Part shown: positions 9,458 through 18,307 of the stretch, in pieces | How the letters are laid out: each line of letters opens with the position of its first letter | How positions within the stretch are numbered: the stretch's first letter is position 1 | DNA from: Promethearchaeota archaeon | GTDB lineage: Archaea; Asgardarchaeota; Lokiarchaeia; Sigyniarchaeales; SOKP01 | NCBI GenBank assembly: GCA_048940445.1 | Contig: JBHLON010000003.1 | Span: forward strand, 64,001 to 128,000 | Direction: 5' to 3' | DNA: 64,000 nucleotides | Notes under the pieces: model-generated | Told to the model about the DNA's origin: nothing | What the model saw: only the letters and a program-made list of their open reading frames with translations | Database searches by the model: none | Made by a program: the position numbers and the translations under genes

Positions 9458-10723
9458 ATGCCAACCGAATTCGAGAAGAATTTAGAAAAATATGCCGAAG
9501 TCATATTAAAAGTTGGTTTGAATCTCCAACCTAAACAGCATTTACTGATTGGAGGACCTACTTCCTTCAGCGATGGCGTCCCTTTTGAAGTCGCTCCGTT
9601 AGTACGCATAATTGCAGAAAAAGCATATAGAATGGGGGCAAAACTTGTTGATGTAATATGGGCAGATGAGCAATTACGCATGATTCGACTTCAGAATAGT
9701 CCTAAAAAGTTACTTAGAGAATATCCAAAATGGAAAATAGATGCAAGATTTAATATTTCTCAGGCAGGTGATGCTAATCTTATATTTTTATGTCCAAACC
9801 CAAATTTATTGAAAAATGTGGATCCTAGTTCGATTTTAAAGTTTCAATTCTTCTTAAATAAACAACTTCAATCAGTTACTAAGCTTGTAGGAGCGAACGC
9901 ATTAAATTGGTCAATAATTTCAATACCAACGGCAGCCTGGGCAGAAAAACTATTTCCAAATATTAAATCAGAGGAAGCAACTCGGAAATTATGGGATATT
10001 ATTTTTGAAGTTTGTCGAGTAATTGAAGACGATCCTGTTTCTGCTTGGCAAACTCATATTGAAAATCTAAATAAACGTTGCAGTTATTTAAATAAGAAAC
10101 AATATAAAGCACTTAAATTAACCTCTCCTGAAACAGATCTAACAATTGGGATAGCAAAAGACCACATTTGGCATGGAGGAAATGAAATCTCGCAAAAAGG
10201 TATTAGCTTTACAGCAAATATGCCTACTGAAGAGATATTTACAATCCCGCATAAAGATAAAGTTGAAGGGGTCGTTAAAATCACTAAACCTTTAATTATT
10301 GAAGGACAACTTATTGAGGAGGCTACTTTTCAATTTTCAAATGGGGAAGTTATGAACGTAAATGCCAAATTTGGTGAGAATACTATAAATTCAATAATTA
10401 ATTTTGATGATGGAGCCCGAAGATTGGGAGAGATTGCTTTAGTACCTCATAGTTCCCCTGTGTCAAGGAAAGGGATGATTTTTTATAATGCATTAATCGA
10501 CGAGAATGCTTCAAACCACATTGCACTGGGTAGTGCATATCGTCCCTCTTTAAAAAATGGTAATGATATGACTGATGAAGAATTCACATCTGCTGGAGGA
10601 AATGACAGCATAATCCATCTTGATATGATGATTGGGTCAGGAGAGATGAATGTTGATGGAATTACAGAAGATGATAAGGTTGAAGCTATAATGCGAAATG
10701 GAGAATGGGCATTTGAAGTTTGA
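9458..10723 (+). CDS. aminopeptidase, peptidase M29 family (AmpS/aminopeptidase II)
   Basis: ANMPTEEIFT, RLGEIALV, DENASNHIALG and SIIHLDMM motifs. Confidence 0.92.
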   Translation: MPTEFEKNLEKYAEVILKVGLNLQPKQHLLIGGPTSFSDGVPFEVAPLVRIIAEKAYRMGAKLVDVIWADEQLRMIRLQNSPKKLLREYPKWKIDARFNISQAGDANLIFLCPNPNLLKNVDPSSILKFQFFLNKQLQSVTKLVGANALNWSIISIPTAAWAEKLFPNIKSEEATRKLWDIIFEVCRVIEDDPVSAWQTHIENLNKRCSYLNKKQYKALKLTSPETDLTIGIAKDHIWHGGNEISQKGISFTANMPTEEIFTIPHKDKVEGVVKITKPLIIEGQLIEEATFQFSNGEVMNVNAKFGENTINSIINFDDGARRLGEIALVPHSSPVSRKGMIFYNALIDENASNHIALGSAYRPSLKNGNDMTDEEFTSAGGNDSIIHLDMMIGSGEMNVDGITEDDKVEAIMRNGEWAFEV

Positions 10724-10847
10724 AAACCTCAAATCTTTTTATACAATTATGTAAAATTTTAAATGCTTTGTCATTAAATTGTACTCTATATTGAAATCTA
10801 ATTTAAAAAATGAATTAAAAATCAAATTATATAGGTGATAAATAGAA

Positions 10848-11162
10848 ATGATGTTCATTACATATTGGGAGATAAATCCAGATTTCGATCCAGCAGAATT
10901 GGCTGAAATAGCTCAAGAACTTATAAGCAAAAAGGTTTATCCTGCAGAAGGAATTAAAGAGCATGCATTTTATATTAGTACATCAGATTATTGGGGTATT
11001 GGTATAGATGAGGCTGAAAGTGAAGAAGCATTAGCCAGGAATGTTAATATGTGGAGAATAGCTAAACCCGGCTTTATTAAATTTATAAAATCCACTCCTG
11101 CTATGGAAGTTGTTAAAGTACTCCCGGTATTGGTAAAATTGAAAAAACAAATAAAAGGGTAA
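10848..11162 (+). CDS. small ferredoxin-like-fold protein (DUF3303-like)
   Basis: F.TYW...P.GIK...G....EAESEEAL pattern; GGTGA Shine-Dalgarno upstream. Confidence 0.55.
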   Translation: MMFITYWEINPDFDPAELAEIAQELISKKVYPAEGIKEHAFYISTSDYWGIGIDEAESEEALARNVNMWRIAKPGFIKFIKSTPAMEVVKVLPVLVKLKKQIKG

Positions 11163-11270
11163 TAATATAGAGACTCTGTATCGTTCTGAAAAATCTTAAC
11201 CCTTTAAATTCAACTTTTTTTCTTTATTCTGTTTATAAGAGTATTATTTAGATTTTTATGCATTTAGCAA

Positions 11271-11573
11271 TCAATCGCTACTTTTAGAGAGCAATATATG
11301 ATTATCATAAACATCATAAAGCAGCTCAAAGAATTTGAAAAAATTAAGAACTTGATATTTTTTCGGTGATTTAGCTTCAAATCTTTTTATAACTTTATGT
11401 TTTTCAAGGTAATGTAAGGATCTCCAATAAAAATTAATTTTGGAGTGATCTAATGGGTCAATCTTATATAATTTTCTTATTTTTTTTACAGATATAAGTG
11501 AATTATATTTGGATTTCGTTATAGTTCCTATGGCACGAATAGTTTCATCTAGGTATTTTTCTGGTATTTTCAT
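11271..11573 (-). CDS. hypothetical basic protein, possible winged helix
   Basis: ORF track; basic, helix-rich with a wing-like C-terminal part. Confidence 0.5.
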   Translation of the reverse strand: MKIPEKYLDETIRAIGTITKSKYNSLISVKKIRKLYKIDPLDHSKINFYWRSLHYLEKHKVIKRFEAKSPKKYQVLNFFKFFELLYDVYDNHILLSKSSD

Positions 11574-11600
11574 TAATCCCCATCGATACTTTTTATGTTT

Positions 11601-12809
11601 TCATTGATTATAAATATTTTTCCTTTGACTTGATTTCGTAAGCAATTTCCTACATATTAGATAAATTGATATTAAACCAATTATTCCCAGTAGGATAATT
11701 ATATCATAACCAGGAATCCTTCTGAGAAATGTGAATGGTGGTAATTCGGAAGGAGGATTTACAATTAATGTAATTACATACGTTTCAAAAGTATAATCAT
11801 CTCCTGCGAAAGCCAATATTGATATGCTATAAACTCCTTCTTGGACATTTGACAAAATTGCTTCATATATTCCATCAGAATCTATATCTTCAAGTTCTTC
11901 CTGTCCATAAACCCAAAGATATGTTACTGTAGCATCTTTAATAGTATTATTTTGAGGATCTTTTAAAATAATTTTTAATAACACATCTTCTCCACTAAGA
12001 ACTTCTATATGAGGCCCTCCATCTTCTCGATAAATGGTTCCAATTATTTTATAAATATCAATTCTTAAATTCATAATGTTAATTAAATAATTTGGGGCTT
12101 GAGCAATAATTGCAAAAAAATTAATTCCAAGCGATAGATTGGTTGTATTGAGAAGGAGATTATATTGTTCTAAGATAGAACTTTCTGTTAGATTTAAAGT
12201 TAGCCCGTCACCTATTAATTGAATCGTTGCATTTGTAATATGAAGTCCAGTTTGACTATCTCTATATTTCATGGTTATATTTAGAATATTTCTTATGGTA
12301 GTTTCAACAAAAGGATCAAGAGTTTTATTAACGCTATCTACAAATAAGTCTAATTGAGATTCTTTTTCGACTAATTCAACGAAAAATTGAATACTTTGAG
12401 GTTGGTAATTTTCTTTTTCAGCAAATATGGTTAATATAGTAATACCTTGCTCTAGATCATATCCTTTTATTGTAATGTTGTAAGATTGATGGCTATTTTC
12501 ACTTAAATTAGACCACCCAATTAATATTACTGTTGCATTAGGGATGTGTGTTCCATTTTCAAGATTTCTGTAGAATACTGTAACATTTAAAACATCATCA
12601 CTTCTAATTTGAATCATTTCTCCACCATTTCTATGAACTCCATTAATAAATAACTCTAAAGAAGAGTTGTTTGAAGATTCTAAGTGATGGTTAACTTGAC
12701 TACCACATATAGAATTAGAGCCCCAGATTAAAACTGACATATCTGGAGATAAAGGTGCATATGAAATTATAATGAGAGGAATTATTAAGGTTAATGTTGT
12801 TATTCTCAT
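11601..12809 (-). CDS. Ig-like repeat surface protein with C-terminal IPGYD-TM-basic (Loki-CTERM-like) sorting signal
   Basis: Signal peptide; two LNITV.YRD...G.HI.NAT repeats; RRIPGYDIIILLGIIGLISIYLICRK. Confidence 0.75.
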   Translation of the reverse strand: MRITTLTLIIPLIIISYAPLSPDMSVLIWGSNSICGSQVNHHLESSNNSSLELFINGVHRNGGEMIQIRSDDVLNVTVFYRNLENGTHIPNATVILIGWSNLSENSHQSYNITIKGYDLEQGITILTIFAEKENYQPQSIQFFVELVEKESQLDLFVDSVNKTLDPFVETTIRNILNITMKYRDSQTGLHITNATIQLIGDGLTLNLTESSILEQYNLLLNTTNLSLGINFFAIIAQAPNYLINIMNLRIDIYKIIGTIYREDGGPHIEVLSGEDVLLKIILKDPQNNTIKDATVTYLWVYGQEELEDIDSDGIYEAILSNVQEGVYSISILAFAGDDYTFETYVITLIVNPPSELPPFTFLRRIPGYDIIILLGIIGLISIYLICRKLLTKSSQRKNIYNQ

Positions 12810-13141
12810 TTTTTTTTTACTTATTTAATTTCGTCTGGGATTTAAATAGGATATTTTTAATTATATATGTTTTTATAAGTAAGAGTAGAATAAGCTAGGC
12901 TTTTTTATATTTGAAAATTTAAATCCTTCCCTATAAAATATAATGATAGGATTTTAAATGCTTTTTCTTGGACTGATTGATTTATCACATATACCAGTAT
13001 CTGGTATTTTTACTCTTGTTTTAAACTTAATTGCTGCAATAATTATTTCAATAAATGATATTACTTTTCGGGCTGAATAATTGGGATAATAATATTAAAT
13101 ATGAATAGTTATTCTCTTTTCTATTTCATTTTCGCGCATTT

Positions 13142-13582
13142 TTACATAACATATAATAATATAATGGTACACGCTGTAATTGTAAATACTATACAGCAGC
13201 TTATCATAATTACTTTTTGTAATTTAGTATACAATTTCTTTTTACAAAAAGGACATCTAACCCCACGCATCATTGTTGGGTCCCCTATCAGCCATCCTAT
13301 TGTGTGTTTCAGAGAATAAGGCTCTCTTTCAGGGACGACATCCTTCTTGCATCTTTTGCAATATATCAATTGTTGAGTGATGTTTTTATATAATTTTTCC
13401 TTATCAAAGGCATGATTAGGTGGGGTTTTCTCCACTGTTTCGTGAGTCATCAATTTATTATAACAAATGGAGCAAAGTCCATTATATTTCTCGCTAGTCT
13501 TATTTGAGGTTTGGATTCCACATTTAACACAGGCGGGCATGATAATAAAAATTGCATTAAAATATTTATTGTATAATAACAT
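13142..13582 (-). CDS. double zinc-finger protein with C-terminal TM helix (true start probably at MPAC)
   Basis: CVKC..CSIC and CKRC..CPFC pairs; hydrophobic C-terminus. Confidence 0.65.
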   Translation of the reverse strand: MLLYNKYFNAIFIIMPACVKCGIQTSNKTSEKYNGLCSICYNKLMTHETVEKTPPNHAFDKEKLYKNITQQLIYCKRCKKDVVPEREPYSLKHTIGWLIGDPTMMRGVRCPFCKKKLYTKLQKVIMISCCIVFTITACTIILLYVM

Positions 13583-13772
13583 CGATAATTATACATTTAA
13601 GTCTTTCGAGAAGAAAACCTAGAATTGATGCTATTTATGTTTTTACAAAATTTCTTTCTAATCCCTTTCTTAAATTTTAAATTCTTAATCTTTAAAAATT
13701 TAAATTTGTTAAACTATTTAACTTTGAAATTAAAATGTACTTAGAAGTAGAAAGATTAAGGAATTTAATTGA

Positions 13773-14564
13773 GTGGAAAGATTGAATATTGACCAAATAA
13801 TGGAAGGATACCAAAATGTTGGAGGATTTAAATTATATTTTAAAAGAACTATTAATGGGAGCCCTACTGTGATTTTTGACTCCGGTTTAGGTGATGATAT
13901 AACATCTTGGGAAAAAATCTTTCCTTATATTGCATCTCGAACCTCAGCACTAGTATATGATAGAGCTGGAATTGGCAAGTCAGATTTTAGTTTGTATTCT
14001 CGTAGTGCTGAACAAGTAGCTCAAGAATTACATACTTTATTAAAAGAGTTAAAAATAAATCCTCCTTATATTTTGGTAGGACATTCTCTTGGAGGTTGGC
14101 ATATTCGTGTTTTCGCTGGACTTTATCCTAAAGAAGTATGTGGATTATTACTTATTGATCCGCAAGAGATTAGTTTCTACAAAGAATGGAAACGTATGTA
14201 CCCTAAACATTTTGAATATGAATATCAGACATGGCTTGAATATTTTAATAATTCGCCTCAAGGGGAAAAATTAGAGTGGGAAATATTAAAAAACAGAATT
14301 GAAGCTCCTTCTAACCCTACTCCAACTTTAGTTGATGTACCAACGATTTTAATCACAAGTATACAAAAAGAAGAACTGCCAACTGAAGAAGGATTCAATC
14401 CCGAGATCCGTAAATTAAAATTTGAAATATCCTCAAAATGGATGTCTAGATTAAATAAAGCTACTAATATTCTTAAGGCTGATGTTGGACATTATATTCA
14501 TAAAGAGGATCCCGCCTTAATTCGTAGGCTAATAGATTACTTAATTGATATAAATAGAGAATGA
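13773..14564 (+). CDS. alpha/beta hydrolase
   Basis: YDRAGIGKS, GHSLGG nucleophile elbow, GHYIH. Confidence 0.9.
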   Translation: MERLNIDQIMEGYQNVGGFKLYFKRTINGSPTVIFDSGLGDDITSWEKIFPYIASRTSALVYDRAGIGKSDFSLYSRSAEQVAQELHTLLKELKINPPYILVGHSLGGWHIRVFAGLYPKEVCGLLLIDPQEISFYKEWKRMYPKHFEYEYQTWLEYFNNSPQGEKLEWEILKNRIEAPSNPTPTLVDVPTILITSIQKEELPTEEGFNPEIRKLKFEISSKWMSRLNKATNILKADVGHYIHKEDPALIRRLIDYLIDINRE

Positions 14565-14572
14565 AAAGATGA

Positions 14573-14764
14573 TTATACTATTCCAAACCAATCTGTATAG
14601 TAATTTATAACTTCGACAAATGGAATATTCTCTTTTTTAATTTTTTCTATGTCTCGTAGAGCAATAAATTCAAGATCCGTAGTCTCAATGCTATGAAATA
14701 ATGCCATAAAAAAATAAGTTTTATCACAATGATTAAAAAATTCTCTTTTTGAACAAACATTCAT
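14573..14764 (-). CDS. short hypothetical ORF or gene remnant
   Basis: ORF track; fills the gap just downstream of the co-oriented oxidoreductase. Confidence 0.3.
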   Translation of the reverse strand: MNVCSKREFFNHCDKTYFFMALFHSIETTDLEFIALRDIEKIKKENIPFVEVINYYTDWFGIV

Positions 14765-14772
14765 TTTTTTTT

Positions 14773-15765
14773 TTACTCTCCAGGGTATTTAAAATTCCAT
14801 TGAGAGCGTAAAGTATCCATCGTTTTCATGATTTCCAGAGTTTCATTTAAAGGCATGGTTTCACTTTCGAGTTTACCAGTTATTAAGCAATTATTTACTT
14901 CCATCGCTTCATAGTTATATCCTGGATATTTAAAAGGTACTTTGATTGTTTTTTTCAGTTTACCTTCCAATTTTAAAATAAACTTTGATGGATGGTAAAA
15001 ATTGGGAATTCCTATATAACCTTTCGTACCAAATATAAAGGCTTCGTGCGGCATAATCATTCTGTTTGAAGCAGAAAGCATCGCAGTCTGTCCTTTTTTA
15101 TATTCAAATAAATAACAAGATTTTTCGTCCACTCCCGTTTCTCCAATATATGCGCTGCTTCTTACTTTATATGGAGTTTCTTTATAGATCATACTTGCAA
15201 AAGAAATAGGGTAAATTCCTAAATCTAACAATGCGCCTCCTCCCAATTCAGGATTAAATGATCGTTCTTTGGGGTTAAACTCTTGCTTAATTCCAAAATC
15301 AGCTCTAAAATGTTGAATTTTTCCTAATATTTTCTTATCCAAATATTCATTTAATTTTAAAATACAAGGTAAAAATCTTGACCACATCGCCTCCATCAAA
15401 AATAAATTATTATTACGGGCAGTTTCTATTAACTCTTCTGCTTGTTTAGAATTCAATGTAAAAGGTTTTTCACAAAGAACTGGCTTTCCATGATTTAAAC
15501 ACAATGAGGCATTTTCATAATGAAAATTGTTAGTCGTAGCAATATATATCACATCAACAGCAGAATTATTCACTAATTTTTCATAATTATCATAAATACT
15601 TTTCACATGAAAAATTTTACCAAGACGTTCAGCTTTCCCTTCAGTTTTAGATGCAACAGCTTCTAGTATTGTATTAGGAAGAGCTTTTAATCCTTCAGCA
15701 AACATATGTGAAATGTTTCCACAACCTAAGATTCCCCATCTTACTGTTTTTCTCATACTATTCAA
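14773..15765 (-). CDS. Gfo/Idh/MocA oxidoreductase (dihydrodiol/xylose dehydrogenase-like)
   Basis: WGILGCGNI, VLCEKP, EAMWSRFLP and GGALLDLGIYP motifs. Confidence 0.92.
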   Translation of the reverse strand: MNSMRKTVRWGILGCGNISHMFAEGLKALPNTILEAVASKTEGKAERLGKIFHVKSIYDNYEKLVNNSAVDVIYIATTNNFHYENASLCLNHGKPVLCEKPFTLNSKQAEELIETARNNNLFLMEAMWSRFLPCILKLNEYLDKKILGKIQHFRADFGIKQEFNPKERSFNPELGGGALLDLGIYPISFASMIYKETPYKVRSSAYIGETGVDEKSCYLFEYKKGQTAMLSASNRMIMPHEAFIFGTKGYIGIPNFYHPSKFILKLEGKLKKTIKVPFKYPGYNYEAMEVNNCLITGKLESETMPLNETLEIMKTMDTLRSQWNFKYPGE

Positions 15766-15801
15766 TTATAAGTTTAATTTTAAAATTCTTTTGAATCTCT
15801 C

Positions 15802-17022
15802 TTAATCCACGCGTTCTGTGTCTTTCTTAAGATTTTTCTTAAAATGAATTTTTTCAATAACAAAATGACTCAATAAATAGCATAACATAACCGTTAAAAG
15901 AAATATAATAGCAAGTTTTATAATAGGATAAAGGCTTACAGATGCAAATCCAAGTGATATGGCGACAAGGATAGGTGGATGAACGAGATACATATGATAT
16001 GCACTAGCGGACAAGTTCCGTAATATAGGTTCCTGTTTATTGAATTTTGCATAAAAAACTTTTATTAAAACAAAAATTACTCCCATGCAAATGATATTAT
16101 CTACTAAAGCAAATATAAGAGCATGTAAATTATTCCCTCCTGTAAAATCGATAAGATTAACATTAATTACTATAGCTATAAAAAAATCGATATAAATTGC
16201 CACAAGTGAAATGATTATTGTAATTAACCAGATTTTTACATGTTTTTTAGACATTTTTTCGAACCACAAATACCTAATACATATAATACCGATGCTGAAC
16301 ATCATTAGATACTGAATGAGTTGCCCCCATGGTATTTCTAAAGGGCGTTGATCTATAGGTAAGAATATACGGATTAAAAAAGTAAGAAATCCTAATCCAA
16401 TAGCTAAAAGGAGGAGAGAACAATATCTTGGGATGGAAAATAGCTTTGGAACTTTTTTCTGTATGGCCTTTAGTTTAGTTATTTGACGCCAGAAAGTATA
16501 AACCGCAGTGAAGATTAGTAAAACCTTAAGAAACCACATAGGTCCTGCAAACGATAGAAATTCAATAAATGTTTCCCATGATACAAATCTACTTAAATAA
16601 TATTCTAGAAACGTTCCTTGCAACATAGGGTTAGTATTCCAAGGAGAAATTCCTAATTTAGCTAGAACATATATCATAAGAGGATTAATTAATATAGTAT
16701 ATAGAAGGAGAGGGATACCAAGACGAATTAGTCGTTCTTTCCAGAATCTACGAACCCCTTTTCGATCATAACTTTTTGGAGTAAAATATCCCCCCAATAA
16801 AAAGAATAATCCTAAGAGTGAAGTTTGAAACACACCTCCAATTGAGGTTAAAAGTAAAAAGAATATATAACTGAAAGGATCTTCTGGATTAGACTCTTTA
16901 TAATACCACCAACCCACCTCACCATAAGTGACCGTCACGTGCCAAAAAATCACTAGAATAGTAAAAAGGACCTTTATATTATCAAGGAAGAGATACCGGA
17001 TCTTTTGAAATTCTGTTTTCAT
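15802..17022 (-). CDS. acyltransferase 3 family membrane protein (OpgC/MdoC-like)
   Basis: RYLFLDNIK..LVIFWH, LFFLLGGYF, RLIRLGIP, GPMWFL and Y.MYLVHPP motifs. Confidence 0.88.
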   Translation of the reverse strand: MKTEFQKIRYLFLDNIKVLFTILVIFWHVTVTYGEVGWWYYKESNPEDPFSYIFFLLLTSIGGVFQTSLLGLFFLLGGYFTPKSYDRKGVRRFWKERLIRLGIPLLLYTILINPLMIYVLAKLGISPWNTNPMLQGTFLEYYLSRFVSWETFIEFLSFAGPMWFLKVLLIFTAVYTFWRQITKLKAIQKKVPKLFSIPRYCSLLLLAIGLGFLTFLIRIFLPIDQRPLEIPWGQLIQYLMMFSIGIICIRYLWFEKMSKKHVKIWLITIIISLVAIYIDFFIAIVINVNLIDFTGGNNLHALIFALVDNIICMGVIFVLIKVFYAKFNKQEPILRNLSASAYHMYLVHPPILVAISLGFASVSLYPIIKLAIIFLLTVMLCYLLSHFVIEKIHFKKNLKKDTERVD

Positions 17023-17300
17023 GGGAATGGAACATCTTATTTTTCAATTAATTATATAAGGGTGTTGATTTCTAATATAAAGTTGATCTTTTTTCAATAC
17101 CTTTGAATTTTCTAATTACCAAATGATTTCTCTTCTCAAATGAATATCATAATTAGTCTTTAGATCAAGTCTTCAAATTCTTAGGAAATTAAATTCTGAA
17201 TTTTAATTATCTTATTAATTAAATAGTTCTACTCTTTAAATAGAATGATTAACTATATTGCAGAAATTCAATAATTAAAATAGTAAAAATGTGATATTAA

Positions 17301-17615
17301 TTGCCAAAATGCCCATATTGTAAAAATGAACTCGAAGTAAAAATTGAAATAAACTCTGCACCTATCAATGATAAGTTTAGAGATGATATATTAAAAGTTT
17401 ACGAGGCTTTCATAGAAATTCAAGCTGAGATTGCCCCATTTGGGGGAAAGATGCTAAAAAGTATGGCAAAATGGGGTCTGAAGTTTGTTGATAAATACTT
17501 AGATCGGATTGGGGCCATGCCCTTAATATGGCACTCTTGTTCAAAATGTGATTCTGTAATATCATCCGAATCCTTAGTTGATTTGATGTCTTCAAGGACG
17601 TCAGGCTCATCATAA
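17301..17615 (+). CDS. split zinc-ribbon protein (CPYC ... HSCSKC)
   Basis: Two Cys knuckles separated by an amphipathic helical insert. Confidence 0.65.
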   Translation: MPKCPYCKNELEVKIEINSAPINDKFRDDILKVYEAFIEIQAEIAPFGGKMLKSMAKWGLKFVDKYLDRIGAMPLIWHSCSKCDSVISSESLVDLMSSRTSGSS

Positions 17616-17749
17616 AAAGAATTACAATTTAATTCCAGTAAAATGGAATTTTAATTTTTTTTATTATTTTTTCCAGAAAAAAATATATTAATTTGTACTT
17701 ACTTCTCTCTGTAATTAATCCTTAATATTTCTTTTAAAACATTAAAACT

Positions 17750-18265
17750 ATGGTCCGAATAGTCGAGGTTTCACCACATAATCGAAAATGGAAAAAGAAG
17801 TTTGACTTGGAGGCTAGAATTATTAAATCAATTTTTAACAAAGAAATATTAGCCATCCATCATATAGGCAGTACTGCTATACCTGAAATTAGTACCAAAC
17901 CTATCATTGATATTTTAGTTGAGGTTTGTAACATAGATGTAATAGATAACTATAATGCTAAAATGATTACTCAGGGTTATATTCCAAAAGGAGAGTCTGG
18001 TATCCCTAGAAGAAGATTATTTATCAAAGGTAGTGAAGAATTAAGAACATTTCATATTCATATCTTCGAAAAAGATAATTCTGAAATAACTCGTCTTCTA
18101 AATTTCAGAGATTATTTGAAAGCTCATCCTAAAGAAGCACAAAAATATAGTAAATTAAAAGAAAGACTCGCGCGAGAATATTCAGAAAATATTGATGGTT
18201 ATTTAAAGGGAAAAGATAATTTTATTAAAAAAATTGATAAAAAAGCTAAAGATTGGAGATGTTAA
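17750..18265 (+). CDS. GrpB/UPF0157 family nucleotidyltransferase-like protein
   Basis: HIGSTAIP, KPIIDI, FRDYLKAHP and Y..GK..FI motifs. Confidence 0.9.
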   Translation: MVRIVEVSPHNRKWKKKFDLEARIIKSIFNKEILAIHHIGSTAIPEISTKPIIDILVEVCNIDVIDNYNAKMITQGYIPKGESGIPRRRLFIKGSEELRTFHIHIFEKDNSEITRLLNFRDYLKAHPKEAQKYSKLKERLAREYSENIDGYLKGKDNFIKKIDKKAKDWRC

Positions 18266-18268
18266 ATA

Positions 18269-18298
18269 ATTTTTAATAGAAATTAGATTCTGAATTTA
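18269..18298 (+). repeat. degenerate 30-bp dispersed repeat, copy A
   Basis: atttttaatagaaattagattctgaattta; 24/30 identity to each of copies C and D. Confidence 0.55.
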
Positions 18299-18307
18299 CA
18301 TTTGAAA

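Noticed and set aside
12958-13080. 40-aa hydrophobic ORF on the + strand (MLFLGLIDLSHIP...)
   Set aside because: No recognisable motif or RBS; such ORFs arise by chance in T-rich DNA.
17176-17204. Possible fifth copy of the 30-bp repeat (gaaattaaattctgaatttt); a weaker one lies near 21110-21135
   Set aside because: Match is mostly A/T or needs gaps; cannot be separated from chance.
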